From: Bigelowiella natans CCMP2755
Taxonomy: Eukaryota; Protista; Cercozoa
Reading direction: 5' to 3'
NCBI GenBank assembly: GCA_000320545.1
Contig: ADNK01000546.1
Location: 4,521-68,520 of the forward strand
Length of the DNA stretch: 64,000 bases
Positions within the stretch are counted from its first letter, which is position 1, and the number at the start of each line of letters is the position of its first letter. Shown here piece by piece: positions 1-13,462 of the stretch. The translations under genes and the position numbers were made by a program. A model generated the notes under the pieces. That model ran no database searches. It was not told the origin of the DNA and saw only the letters and a list, made by a program, of their open reading frames with translations.

Positions 1-203
1 ATAAAAGAACCAGATGCTCCGGCACATCTGCTTTATTCCGTGTTTCTTATTCATTCTTAAGATCCTGTTTTTTCTTATTACCATTGTTGTCATCCTGTGA
101 AGAAGCACAAAATGAGAACTCATGCTTCAATTTTACAAAAAAAAAACAGGCAAAGAGAAAGACAGACAACTTAGGGTGATATGTTCATCATCCATCTCTT
201 AAA

Positions 204-750
204 TCACAACGACGACAAAGACTCGACTACCTTCTCGCTATTGAAAACAGCTCCAAGCACGTTTCCCCGCTTGTCCTTATATGTTTGAACAGACCGCCCA
301 TTTGCCATCTGTGTTATAACAAAATTATTAATCAAATCATAATAAATATCCATGAATCACACTACGACGACGCAGCCTAATTGAAGACATGGATCGGTAC
401 AATAGTGACTATTTGTTAATTGATTGCATTGCAAGGCAACGATAGCAGTATTATATTAGGCAATGGAGCCTCCACATCTTCGCGGCATTAATTTGGCAAT
501 TATTCCCTTGATTCACAGATGAATCGCAGGGCGACCTACTACTCGCAAATAATCGATGCCAAAGATACAGAAGTACAGATCTTTCTGGTGTTGTTTTCGT
601 TGATTTGCTTATGTTCAATCGTACGCGCTTCGAGTAGTTCTCGACAAAATCCTCGGTTACATACTCACGAAACTCCAAGTGCAAGTTCCACGTCTGCAGC
701 ATCATAATATGCAGAAAAGCACGATCAGTAATCAATCAAAGAATGCACGC

Positions 751-797
<47 letters not shown>

Positions 798-918
798 TAC
801 ACATGCAAGCATACCTCGGAGTAACCCTTGAGTCCTCTTACGGAAGGAATGGTGGGAGGAGCGAGTAAATTGCCTCCAGGTACGTGTTGATATATAGCTT
901 CATACGCCTAAGAATGGC

Positions 919-955
<37 letters not shown>

Positions 956-1427
956 CTTTACATATACCCCGTCTCACGATGAACTATAGAATCATTTATC
1001 GTCTCTTCAGCAGCTTTCTTACTATTGCTGCTGCCTAGCTACTACTACTTTGTCTTACTTTTGGATGTATTAGAACAGGAAGCACCCGTACAGCAAGTTG
1101 CTTCTTGTTTTGACCTAGAGAGTGTAGAAGAAGAGAGAATAATGTGTATTCTCTTTAGGAGAAATAGCAATTTGTTGTTACCGCTATTGGCTACTTATTA
1201 AACATCGTTGTCGTGTATTTCAACTGCATGTTGTATGATACGCAGCTGCTGCTGCTACTACTACTACTACTACTACTACTTACTTCTGCTACTACTATCA
1301 CTTACTCGTCCTCGCAACAATTTGCTCCAGAGCGAGATAGCCAACGTTGAATGCCTAAAGACAGACCCACCACAGTTTACATAACCACAGGCACAGCAGA
1401 GAAACAGGAACACACACACACACACAC

Positions 1428-1470
<43 letters not shown>

Positions 1471-1676
1471 CACGCAAACAATAAATCCTGGAGTGGTGTG
1501 CATGAGTCTTTGCGTGTGGTAAAATGCTTCCACAAGATACTCTCACTGATAAACTCATTTACTCATTAACTTACTCCGGATTTGTTATTCTCAGTTGCTG
1601 TGAGCGTTGTGAAGGGGCACTTGAGACAATGCAGTCCATTTGGCCATTCAGCTGTGTCACCAGAACTACGCTGATA

Positions 1677-1708
<32 letters not shown>

Positions 1709-1976
1709 TCTTTCAAATCTGCGACAGCCCCAATACCTCACATGAAGACAGATATAACACTCTTCTTCTCATCAATACCTCACATGAAGAAAGACAAAGC
1801 ACTCTTCTTTCTTCCTCCTCTCTTTTTTCCTATTCTCCTTCCTGCTCCTACTTCTTCTACTACTCCTCTTCTTCTTCTTCTTCTTCTACTCTCCTCCTCC
1901 CCCCATTCTGCTACTTCCTCCCTTTGTTGTCTCCATCTCAGTCAGTATTCAAACCAACACAGCATCATCATCAATA

Positions 1977-2009
<33 letters not shown>

Positions 2010-2508
2010 TGTTGTTGTTGTTGTTGTTGGCACCTTAAAAGTCTTGACAAACAGCATCTTATCTCCCTTCTTTACTCTTACAGGCTTCAAACCGATGCCT
2101 TTCTTCCTATCTAACCTGAAGAAGAGTTGACCCATACGCAACACGCGGCCATACACGGAGCTTTCCCCTATATCATCGATGCTCTTTCATTGTAAAAATG
2201 GGATGATGGTGGAGGAGAGGAATGATGTAGGAGGGGAGAGAAGATCAGATAGATGTCTGCAATTGGAGAAGGATTTTACATATCTCCACGTTCTATATTT
2301 TGAGCATCAGCAAAAGATGGCATCTTATTATTATTTCAGTACTTCCATGAGGAGGAGTTTGAGCCAGATCACAAATTGATAATAGATACATCATGTACAA
2401 CTACTATTACTACTACTACTACGTCTCTTCTTCTTCTCCTCCTTCTAATAACAAAGGCCATTACTACTACAACAACAACTACTACTACGGCATGTTCCAA
2501 AAGACAAA

Positions 2509-2554
<46 letters not shown>

Positions 2555-3202
2555 CCAAACAACACCTGTGATCTCAAGTCAATTCCTGGGAAATTAGCAG
2601 CGGCCTTTCGTAGCGCCTCAGGGTCTTTTGCTGCACTATTATCATTCTTCCTACTACCTGTGTTCTCTTCTTTTTCTTCTCCCCCCTCTTTCTCCTCTTC
2701 TTCTCCGTGCTGTTTTTGCAACTGCTTCTTCTTCTTCTTTCTCTTCTGCTTATTGCGTTTACGACGAAGGCGTTTGGCAGCAAGTTTGGCCTCTTCAACC
2801 GAGGATGAGTCTGCTGCTCCAAGCTCTTGTGGTATTATCTTGTTATTTTTGTCTCCTACTACGCCTTCTTCGTCTAGTAACACCTCACTGGTCATCCAAA
2901 CAGTGAAAATACCCCCCTTCTTAGAGGAAGAAGATATTTTTTTGTCGTTGCTCTTTCTAAGTGGCAGTCCTTTTTGAATGTCCTTAAGTAAGTCACAATG
3001 TGTTTCGATGGATGCACAGCTACTGCTACTACTGCTGTTCTTCTTCTTCTTCTTCTTCTTCTTCTTCTTGTCCTTTGTTCTATCGTGATGCCCATCACTC
3101 TCTTCTTCACCCACTGCCACATCATCATCCCCGCCAGGGAGGATAACTCTCTTTGCAAATGGGTTGCCGGCCTTTCCAATTATATGTGTAGAAATAAGAA
3201 TA

Positions 3203-3242
<40 letters not shown>

Positions 3243-3375
3243 GTGTATGAGGAGGATGTGTGGATGGCAGAAATAGGTTGATGATCTCAAAAGTAAGGCA
3301 GGACTTTTAGAATCTGAGTTGTTCAAACTTTGAGAATACTACTAGTAGCATACCATTACCACCATTAGCACACTG

Positions 3376-3406
<31 letters not shown>

Positions 3407-3604
3407 ACTACTACTACTACTTCTATTTTACCTTGGTGAATCCGCATTTTCGATAGAATTCTACATTAGAAGGTTGTGTTCTGATACAGGACGAAGATTC
3501 AAGATGTTGTTTGTTGTGGTTCATGGCGATGATATTCGGATTCACACATGTATAAAGACTCCACCATAAGTTCTCTTCCCTATCCCACCCCCTTCTTTAT
3601 TCTT

Positions 3605-3642
<38 letters not shown>

Positions 3643-3859
3643 CAAATATCAATCCCCCCTTTCCTTTGTTCCATTTTATTCTCTCCAATCATCTCGACTT
3701 GAGTAGAATGTATTTGTTCTCCGGAGCGTGTTTGACAACATAGGCCTTCGCCGCATCCAACAGACGCTTTCCTAAATCAAAGTGGTGGAGCACAAGGTAG
3801 CTTTAGCAGGGAGGGGGGGGAAAGGCTCAGGAGAAATAATGAAGGCAAGTGAGGGAGAT

Positions 3860-3902
<43 letters not shown>

Positions 3903-5209
3903 AATGCCGTGGTTTCGCAGCTCTTTCCTGACACAGAGTGAGTGAAGAATCAAAGCCTACAGAAATATAATAACCATTTAGCGATGATGATGATGATGAT
4001 GATGATGATCTTTTGATGATGATAATAACAACGGCATATATTGCATTCACAACACGCGATAGTGGAATCGCCTAGAGGATAAACAATTAAAATAAAGTAG
4101 TGAAAAAACACCAGAAGTCACACACAAGTGTTTCCCTATTGACTCCGATTCAGAGCTATAAAATTGCAATACTGTTTTCCTGTTGCTGTGCGAACCTTGG
4201 CATTCTTGAAGGTTGATTTAGCAGCATCCAGACGTGCATGGGCTACTACAACTTTTCCATCTTCTTTTTTGATGTCTGTAGCACCATCAGAAGAGGCCCT
4301 ACCTTCTATTTTTGACTGCTTTCTCGTGAGAAGGAGTGTGAATGAAGTCGCGCCATCCGATCTTGGAGAAGTGTACCTTTGGTGTTGTTCGTTTAATGTA
4401 TTTATGCACAAAATGGACACAAGATTCAAAATGGACACAAGATTGAAAAAGAACTCAGATTAAGCAACTGTAAGAAGTAAAATGACACCGCTAGTGAAGA
4501 AGAGATGTGTTGACGAAAACTGCCTTCACATTGGGGAGAAGGGTGCGTAGATGTATTTGCTTGTGCGGTGTACAGCATCGTGATTTCTTACCCAGATGAT
4601 AATGTGAGGTAATGATTCGGTGCGGTCGTAAATTCAAAATATGTACGAACAAAAAGCCAACATTTTCCCCCAAAATAGAAGCAAAGTGAAGCAACAAATA
4701 GTGTACAGGTAGGTGAGGTCGTGGTTTGGCGAAAGTAACAAGTGCTCTGTAGTTATATGGAATCCCAACAGATAAACAAGATACAATATCCAGATGTTAG
4801 GTCCCTTCTATTTTCTCCTCTCTCTACCTTGCTATGGCTTTCATCCGGGTCTCTTCACTCACCCCAGGCCACTGAAGAAGACAACAGAGGGATGATAGGA
4901 TGCGATTAACACACTGTCTTATGACATGCACGTACTACCACGCCCACCTGATCTTTAAGAAGCTCAACAGTCTCTGCAACCAAGTCCGGTGCGGCACCAA
5001 TTTCGACCAGGGAGAGGTCCCCCTCCGCAAATACTACTTTGTTTGACCTACGCACGGAATAACCATTTCTTTTAGCATTAAGCCACGAACGCTCGCAACA
5101 AAATCAAGATCTGCCTTCTCTGGAGGCATGCACCTCCGCATATTGCAAAACTGTTACATGCTGAGCAACCAACAATATGATCAAGTAGATCTAGCTGCTC
5201 CTCTTACAT
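204..5209 (-). CDS. Multi-exon GNAT-family acetyltransferase (NAA80/NAT6-like N-terminal domain) with long uncharacterised C-terminal region; ends approximate
   Basis: Manually spliced exons read ETVELLKDQ-WPGVSEETRMKAI, VVVAHARL, ALILHSLCVRKELRNHGIG-KRLLDAAK (acetyl-CoA motif A) and VEFYRKCGF (motif B). Downstream exons include ORFs 2551-3120, 1971-2156 and 451-735. Confidence 0.7.
756..4030. repeat. Dense microsatellites (CT/AG, CA, TA, GAT, TAC, TTC) in introns and low-complexity exons; similar in 22-28 kb, 30.8-36.6 kb and 50.2-56.4 kb
   Basis: Directly visible simple repeats. Confidence 0.95.
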
Positions 5210-5644
5210 GTCCTCCGATCCAACGATGCTCCTACGACTGCAAGCACGAACTCGATCGTTTCAGTCGAGATTGAGCCAAGATGATCACACGAAATCACAT
5301 TCGTTTTTCATGATTATGCTAATTCTGACATTGACGTATATATAAAAATAAAAGCATCTACTCTCCAATGTGATAATTTAGACTAAATTCAAGTCCTGAC
5401 ACATCGGTAAATTGACAAGAGAATCTCATCCAAAATGGACTCTTTTCAACACCACAAAGTACCTAAATTATTCTGAAACTATTTCCGCAGTTGGGAAGTC
5501 GCTTGATTCCCCCTTTTAGTAAATTAAAAATAACATAGGATATTTTACGCTATAATAATGTTCTATCTAGTCCCAATTGCCGTGAAGCTTCCTCAAAACC
5601 CAGTGCAACAAATTGTCGCCCCCTTCAATCTTAAAGAAGTACCA

Positions 5645-7844
5645 ATGCTTGATGTTGTGGTTCCTGTACCTCTCTGGGTTGTGATCGCCTCCTCTGCTAT
5701 CCTTGCTTACACCATCCACCTTTCACTTCGGCCGGTACCTGACAAAATTGAGGGGGAAACAGCATTGGTTGTACAGTACAATGGAGATTCTTTTTCAGCA
5801 CAGCGACTGACTACTCCCCTTTACGCGTAGCAGGCCACGAGAGACGTGAAGAGTACGGATGACACCCTTGTTCCTTTCAAATGGGTTCAACGGGGTGAAA
5901 AAAAGGGGAATGACGAGCATATAGAGCTACTGTCGGAAAGGATTCCTGAGAAAGACATGCAGGTACATGAATTTTTACCATGTGCTGAACCTGGTTGTCA
6001 ATATTGCCCAAAAACTGGCGAGTAATCTTGAATATTATCCTTCAAGGTACGCGCCCGCAAATTCTATGAGTTCTTGAATATGAGGCGATCGCTCCGATTC
6101 TACTCCACTGGTAGTAATAACGGTCAAATCCTCCCATGCCTCTCCGCATACCAGAATGTTAGCTCAAGTAGAACAAGCTAAAAGTAGAACAGATAGCCAG
6201 TGGATTATGCTCCTATATAGTCTCTCTTTTTCTTCTTCTACCTCCCCTTCAGACCCGATTCCCCATGGAGTCCTTGAGGACTGTATTCGAACTGCGGGTA
6301 CTTCCGTGCTAACGTTAAACCATCTTACGGGCCCCGCGTTTGTAATTATTATGGTTCCTGTGTAATTGTGAATAATGAACTGGGTAAAGGTACGGCTCCA
6401 TCAGGGGCACATAAGCAGCCCTGGACCTTTGCAATTGTTCGGTAATTTGTGCCTAGCATTTGAACAAGACACTCTTCCCAATCATCACTTGTTGTTGCGC
6501 GTATTACTTTAAGAGGGAAGGAGGAGCGGGCACGGATCCGTGAACTTGTTGAGAAGGTGCTAATCATATCATCCACCTTCTGTCATGCGAAACCTATTTC
6601 ATAATACATTTATTATTTTAGGAAGAAAAGATTAACTACGACAGACGAATGAAGAAATCATGGGTGCTTCGCCAGAATTTTTAGCATGCATTTGCAAAAT
6701 CGTAGAGTAGCGCAGATCTCACACAACCTTTGAAACCGTCATGATGAGTGCGTACTCAACATGTGGAGGAAAATATTGACAACTCCTCAACTGACACTTT
6801 TCTCTTCTTCGTGCTCCCGCTTTTCCTTCCTCCTTACCTTACCCTACATAGGTGAATGATGTTGCTGTGCTGACTGGTGAAGGAGCTGACAAACGATTGT
6901 ACGGATCTGGTGATTACATATAATTGAACAAAACATATCGTCTATAGAATGAAATTTAATAGCTAAATCGTTATGCATGTGGAACCCTCACTATGATCAA
7001 CCACACGCGTTCTTTGTTATAATTCTCTCTCCATCGAAGACTTCTCCATCCACTCTATTGCCCTTCCCCGCGTTCACCCTGTACTCTTTCTGCGGCATTA
7101 GGGGCGCCGAAAAAGCCTTACCTGACTGACGCACCTGCGCTAGTTGTCTTGTTCAAGCAGGTTTCCAACTTAAGTTGGCAGGAGGGAAAGAGAGATAGAG
7201 GGGGGGGGGGGGGAGGTGAGAGGGGGAGAGAGAGAGCATTAAATGATCGGTTTCTTGGGTAGGTACATGGTGTTGATTCGGATGGAAAGCGAACGGACAA
7301 CTACTACGTGCAGGTAGCACTTATTTCTTCTGGTTCTAATTACATTGATGATCCTTCACTTGTTGCAGGAAAGCTGCGGCATTGCTACAGGGATGTTCAT
7401 TGCTGCGCTCCATAATGTAGGACTGGCTACACTTACATCAACGCCTATGGGTATGTTCGCATATTTTTAGTTTGTAGATCTTGCCTATGTACTGCAATTT
7501 GTAGTTCAAATAAAAAAAAAATGTAGGGGCTGGTAAAGCAATCGGGGACCTCCTAGGCCGGCCTACATACGAGAAGGTACCCAATACACGCCAGAGAATA
7601 AGATGTGCCACACGACCATCAAGGAATAATTTGAAGTGATGTGCTGTGCATGCGTATATATAGGTGTTTCTCCTGTTGCCAGTTGGGTACCCAGCCAAGG
7701 ATGCAACGGTATATCATTTAGAATAGTGGATAGAATTTCGAAATTATTATGGAAAGGGTAATATATGCGGGATCACTGCAGGTGCCATACCGAGATGCAC
7801 AAAGTCTTAGAAAGCCAGACACAGAGCTCTTCATATCGAAGTAG
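5645..7844 (+). CDS. IYD: Iodotyrosine deiodinase (nitro-FMN reductase family) with N-terminal membrane anchor, many short exons
   Basis: Spliced exons: [109 protein letters not shown]; stop TAG 7842-7844. Start could instead be 5558. Confidence 0.9.
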
Positions 7845-8954
7845 AGGTGATCAGAGTAGCATACCTTGTATCTATACCAACGCTTATTGGACACGCTCTT
7901 GTGTCCTTGGTGCCCACTGGAGTAACGTCAAACAGGTTTACTCGTTCATTCTGGACGTATATGTAGATATGTAGTACTGCTGAGTGCAAAATTGCGCATT
8001 AAAAATATCAAACAAAACTAGCTATGCACGCGTTATTGACCTATGAAGCCCGCATGAGCACTGTACTAGTGTATTAGCGAGCATGCATGACATAGCAATA
8101 AAGTACTAATACATGGTGAGATAGCCTGCACAATAGTCGAATAAGGCTTAACGGCTGGATAGCTGCCAGCACTATGACGCCCGCTAACCCCGCATACTCT
8201 AGCTAGCTAGATGCTGTGGCGTGCTTGCCACTATGTTTGCACGCATCAGCAATGCCAGAGCAAAGATAGCGAGTAGAACATATGTTATCCAGACGTAAGA
8301 CGCAAATGTTGTTACATGCTGCTGGTACATAGTGGTACGCACATGGTAGCTAGCATGTGCTGGTACATGTTTGGATGTGTTGAGGTCGTAGTTACGTACG
8401 ACACAAGAGGTGATGCTCATTGCGCTTGCTGCATGATAATCTGGGTGCCTCATTATCTGCCCCGTCCCTTATTTGAGCCCCCACCATTGCCATGTTTGTC
8501 AGAATTGCCGCGTCTTGATACAGTGTAAGGTGGACGAGGGCCCTTCGACAAAGAGAAGCGTGGTGTCATCACATCGTGCCCCCTCCCCACACTTTTGGAA
8601 CCATCTTTCCATGCTCGACTACTTCCGCCTCTTTCCCCAGTATGATGATGACGCTGGTGAGTCCTACCACCACCACCATCGCTATGATGCTGCATTGGTG
8701 GAGGCGGTGCTGGCGGCACTTCCTTCCACGGGTGGCGAAGACTTTCTGGGATTATTAACCTCTGACCAGCGTTAACGAACAAATGGTAACCACATGAAAA
8801 TAGATGCAGCGGATATGTCTTGCATTAAGTAAAGATAGTAATAAGGATTCAATACATCCACATAAAATTTAATTGAAATGTAAATTATAGAATGAGCAGG
8901 GAAGAGAGAGGGAAGAGACTGAACAATATTACATCATAAACTTCAAAATAAAAA

Positions 8955-10925
8955 TCAACTGTAGAGTTTAGTAATGAAACTTTTCCGTTTACCAAAGTCA
9001 AATATTACATTATTTTTTATTCCTCTATGCTGTATTTGATGAAGATCTATTGTGCTGTGAAAAGTGTGCACCTGGTCGTGAGATTGAAAAGCTAGTTCTT
9101 TTCCGAGTGGAAGCCCCATAAGATCTTTGATTTGAACCCCGATGGATATTATCAGCTCCTGATTATGATGATAGTAATCGGGACGACCACAACGACACCA
9201 ACGATGATGAGGAAATGATAATCGCGGGTAACTTGCAAAGGCATAGCGAAGGCGAGGACGCTGCCTAAGAATTTTAAACATCATTACCTCAAACTCCCTA
9301 CTTGCATGCCTTATCCAGACCGATATTCTCCGTAAATTTCTTTTATTATTTAGTACAACCCTAAAATGAGAGAAAGAGAGCCAGAGTGGAGATGATGAAT
9401 GTGATGATAAGATCGGAAGAGAGATACCAAGAGAAAGGGCACCAGAGATATGAGGCATTGCAACTTTACCCGCAAATTTCCCCGTAGTCGTCGAAATCGC
9501 CAGAAACTAGAGCTGAGAGTAAGCTTTCCCAGTAGAAATCGACTGCACTTTCGTCTACGTACCGTTGAAAGGAGCTTAGCTACTACGTACCATATTAATT
9601 AAATTAGCACCTAGATTTTCGAACTCCTTGGAGCCCAGAGTAACAGTCCATCTGCCGCCCATTGCATTTGCAGGATCTTCCCATGCTGGGGTGATTCCCT
9701 ACTTATGATGACGGGGGTGATAGTTTAGCCTCATATCAAGTAATCAGGTGCGTGCCCATATTTTTTTGTGCGCTCATACCTCTTTAAAAAAGTAAAGATC
9801 GCAACCTTCTGCCAAACTGCTGGGTGGCTGCAGGGAAGAGGGGAATAGGAGGAGAGGCCACAAAATTATTTACCACGGCTGGGTAGCTTAGAACATACTT
9901 GGTAATAAGTGATAAGATCTGAATCTCCAAGTCTCAAGGTTGCTAGGAGCCTACCTTCATAGCATGGAGGTAGAACGAAAACGTTGGTTTCTGTTGGTGT
10001 GATTGGACATATGTGATTAAAACGCAATGATGCAATTAAGCTGTGCAACGACGAAAAAATCCGGACTCTATTTTGTTGTATAAACATATTTTTAATTCGG
10101 TGTTAAATCAGTGTTAGGTGTGCATACATCTGAACATGTCCACAGGTTGTCGAAAAGATCCTCCCAGTTGCTAGTCCTAGTGTCCTAATTTACAAATGGA
10201 TTTAAGCCGGTCAATTCAATTCTGCAGTAAATGTATATATTGCCATCGCTACACTGTCAGCGTTAACGACACCTTTGAGAATCCCCAGCATGTCCATCTG
10301 TACTGCAAGGTGTCACCCTCCCATTCGGTCTACAGAGAAAAACATACCCAGGCATGATTACAAAAAAGAAGACAGACATCCAGTTTGATTCAGAACGGAA
10401 AATATATCTTCAAACAGTCACACCTCGGGGTTCTCTTTTACAATGTGAATCATGTGGCCCTTCGTTTCCTTCTTTTCATCTGCAGAAGCTCTCGCTTCCA
10501 ACCTTCTCTTTCCTCCTTTTAAGCGGCCCAATCGCGAGATAAGGAAATTTCTCGGTCGTCTCTTAAAATTTAAACCTTTTATCAGTCACGGTCGATAAAT
10601 ACATGAAAATAGAAGCCTAAATTAACCTTTTGGAAATCCATCTTCGCCATCTCTTGCAGCGAAAGTAATCGCTTAGGGTTTACGTTCAAGGTTTCTGAAT
10701 CGTAAATCTAAAATTTAACTTGTTGGCTTCGACTGATCAGTGTATAGACAATGTACCATGTCTTGATTCATGATCACGAAACTGAGGCAGTCCCATAATT
10801 TCATTGGTCATAAGCTGCCCTTTGAGTTTCATGCAGTCTTCAGGCTGAGTCAAAGCAGGTTCCAGATTAGACCCTGCAGCCAATACTGCAGCCACGGTTA
10901 GCCATGGAAGTTGCCATTCTGGCAT
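8955..10925 (-). CDS. eIF4E: eIF4E-family cap-binding protein with N-terminal signal-peptide + transit-peptide-like extension
   Basis: Exons: LQYRWTCWG, SNWED, PPSSLAEGCDLYFF, GITPAWEDPANAMGGRWTV, YWESLLSALVSGDFDDYGEICGVV, RRISVW, IISIGVQIKDLMGL, LAFQSHD; stop at 8955. The exon structure around 9900-10080 is not fully resolved. Confidence 0.85.
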
Positions 10926-11396
10926 CTAAAGTTCTCGAGAGAACGAGCTTGGCTCGAGTCGAGGAGCTCGACACAGCGAGAGCGAAAAGCAAGGGCTTGC
11001 TAGTGGTTGCTCCATGGAGGCTTCCTATGTTTCAATTTTCTGGGAGATCTTTCCGTCAATTCCCCTCCACCTAAGATGTCTCCCGGATGAAAAGCCGGGA
11101 CTTTTATCATGTATGGAAAAATGAGATAACCACTTGTCGCTACTTGGGAATGGGTTCTAATTATGAAAGTCGACGCAAATCGAACGGACGTCTTCAAAAG
11201 CAAACAGCTTCCCTCCATACGCCTCACCCAGCACCACAGCTTTGATTTCCGACAAAATAAAGTTAGGCCGAAATTCAGAGGGAAGGTCTGTCCTCTCAAA
11301 GGAATTTGGAAATGAAGGAGATTTCGGATCAATTTCGCACCTCTATCGAGTATGTCCTTTTGAATGCACATTAAAAGATATAAAAAACCTAACGGC

Positions 11397-11407
11397 TTCG
11401 CGCCAAA
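11397..11407 (-). promoter_or_regulatory. Putative E2F site (TTTGGCGCGAA) about 50 bp upstream of the RNR R2 start, in the divergent eIF4E/RNR promoter
   Basis: Matches the TTTSSCGC consensus; RNR small-subunit genes are classical E2F targets in plants and animals. Confidence 0.5.
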
Positions 11408-11459
11408 CCTAAAAAGCCAAGCACCGCCACACATCTCATCTGTCCCGATCAACAGCATA

Positions 11460-13462
11460 ATGCCTAACGCTCAAGCCCCCACCCTCCTCGACTCACTTGG
11501 CCCTGAACTACTTGACTGGGCAGGAAACAAGTCGACTGTGTCCACAAAAGAAGGTGAGATACTGTTTCATAATAGTTTGGCACATTGATTAAGCTGTGAA
11601 CTTTGACTTGATTTTCTCAGTTCTCGAGAAGAACTCTGTGGTTGGCATCTACTATTCTGCAAGCTGGTGTGCACCATGCAGAAAATTCACCCCACTTCTA
11701 TCAGCAGTGCATGAGAAGAAAAAAGCATTGAAGAAAGGGTTCGAGGTAATCTTCGTTTGCTGGGACAAGGGCGTGAACGGATGGAGTAAAGAACAAAAGT
11801 ACTACCACAAGATGCCCTTCAAGGCTATTCCGTTCGAGAACGTGAATAAGGCAAAGAAGGCTCTGTCTAGTTTTCTTCCCACACCTAAAGGCATTCCAGC
11901 TTTGCATCTCGTCGACACGGCCACTGGCGAACTACTTGATGCGAATGGGCGCCAAGCTGTCACAGCAGAGGTTGCCCTCCACGCATAACGACTTCCACTC
12001 ACGTACTCTCTGGACAACTCGAAATTAATGTAAATGGTAAATAGGTTGAGGAACTCGGAATTGAGCTCAATGATCTAGTTCGGTGGGGATATCCAACTCA
12101 GGAGCCCAGCGCGGCCAAGCCCATGCCTAAAGTAAACTTTAAATATATATATAACTTTAAATATATAAAACAATCGCAAAATAGGCTACGATCAGCGGAT
12201 CTTGATTTGACAATTACCACATTTAGGAGTCTGCTGCAACCGAGAAAGAGGAAGAAGGTGCTCCTTCAAAGAAAGTCGATACTAAGAGTAACACTAAAAG
12301 TAACGAGCCTCTGCTGAAGGAAAATCCAGATCGCTTCGTTCTGTTCCCTATTCAATACCACGAGGTGTGGAAAATGTACAAGAAGCATGAAGCTTCCTTT
12401 TGGACGGCTGAGGAAATCGGTGAGCATATTCACAAATATAAATGTGGTCATAAATACCCAACAGGGTGGTAACAATGTACATTTTTTTCCAGATTTATCC
12501 CACGACCAAAAGGACTGGGACAAAATGAAAACCGAAGAACAACACTTTATCAAGATGATTCTGGCTTTCTTTGCCGCATCTGATGGTATCGTTCTCGAGA
12601 ACTTGGCCACCAGATTCATGAATGAAGTGCAAATTCCCGAAGCTCGTTGTTTCTATGGATTTCAGTTGGCGATGGGTAGATGACAAAAATATTTACTACA
12701 CAACATCGCAACTGAGTTTGTTATTTGTTACCCACAGAGAACATTCATTCCGAAACCTACAGCCTTCTGATAGACACCTACATTAAAGACACCAACGAGA
12801 AGACCAAACTGTTTCATGCAACTGAAAACGTACCATGTGTCACAAAGAAAGCCGACTGGGCACTCCAGTGGATCACTAGCAACGATAAGTTCGCTGAACG
12901 CCTGGTAGCCTTTGCAGCAGTGGAAGGAATCTTCTTCTCCGGAAGCTTCTGCGCGATCTTCTGGCTCAAGAAGAGAGGACTCATGCCTGGACTCACTTTC
13001 TCGAACGAATTGATCAGTCGAGACGAAGGCCTTCATTGTGACTTTGCTTGCTTACTGTACTCGATGTTGAACGAGAAATTGGACCAGAAGACAATTCACG
13101 ATATCGTTGGAAACGCTGTCAAGATCGAAAAGGAATTTATCTGCGATGCTCTTCCATGCTCTCTGATTGGAATGAACGCTAAAATGATGTCTCAGTATAT
13201 TGAATTCTGCGCTGATAGACTTATAGTAGCTTTGGGATACGAGAAACTATACAATGCCGCCAATCCTTTCGACTGGATGGAAATGATATCTCTCCAGGGA
13301 AAAACAAACTTCTTCGGTAATAATTTTTCAACTATCTTTCTGAATATTTTCTGAGCTTATTTTTCCTCAGAAAAACGAGTTGGAGAGTACCAAAAGTCTG
13401 GAGTCATGTCCTCAACGCAAAACGAGGATCACCACGCGTTCACCCTCGACGCAGACTTTTAA
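11460..13462 (+). CDS. RNR2: Ribonucleotide reductase class Ia small subunit (R2) fused to an N-terminal nucleoredoxin/tryparedoxin-like thioredoxin domain
   Basis: Exons 11460-11553, 11621-11970, 12045-12131, 12227-12419, 12493-12675, 12738-13316 and 13371-13462 are all GT-AG and phase-compatible. Motifs: [20 protein letters not shown]; [59 protein letters not shown]-terminal FTLDADF. Confidence 0.93.

Noticed and set aside
1276-3276. Many ORF-track proteins with poly-S/L/M/Y/R or CV/SL runs here and throughout
   Set aside because: Translations of microsatellites or antisense shadows of real exons.
8955-9458. 167-aa ORF as an independent gene
   Set aside because: It is the last eIF4E exons read through in-frame introns.
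11596-11988. Stand-alone thioredoxin gene
   Set aside because: A GT donor at 11971 precedes the stop and splices in phase to R2, and there is little room for a separate promoter. Only cDNA can exclude an alternative short isoform.
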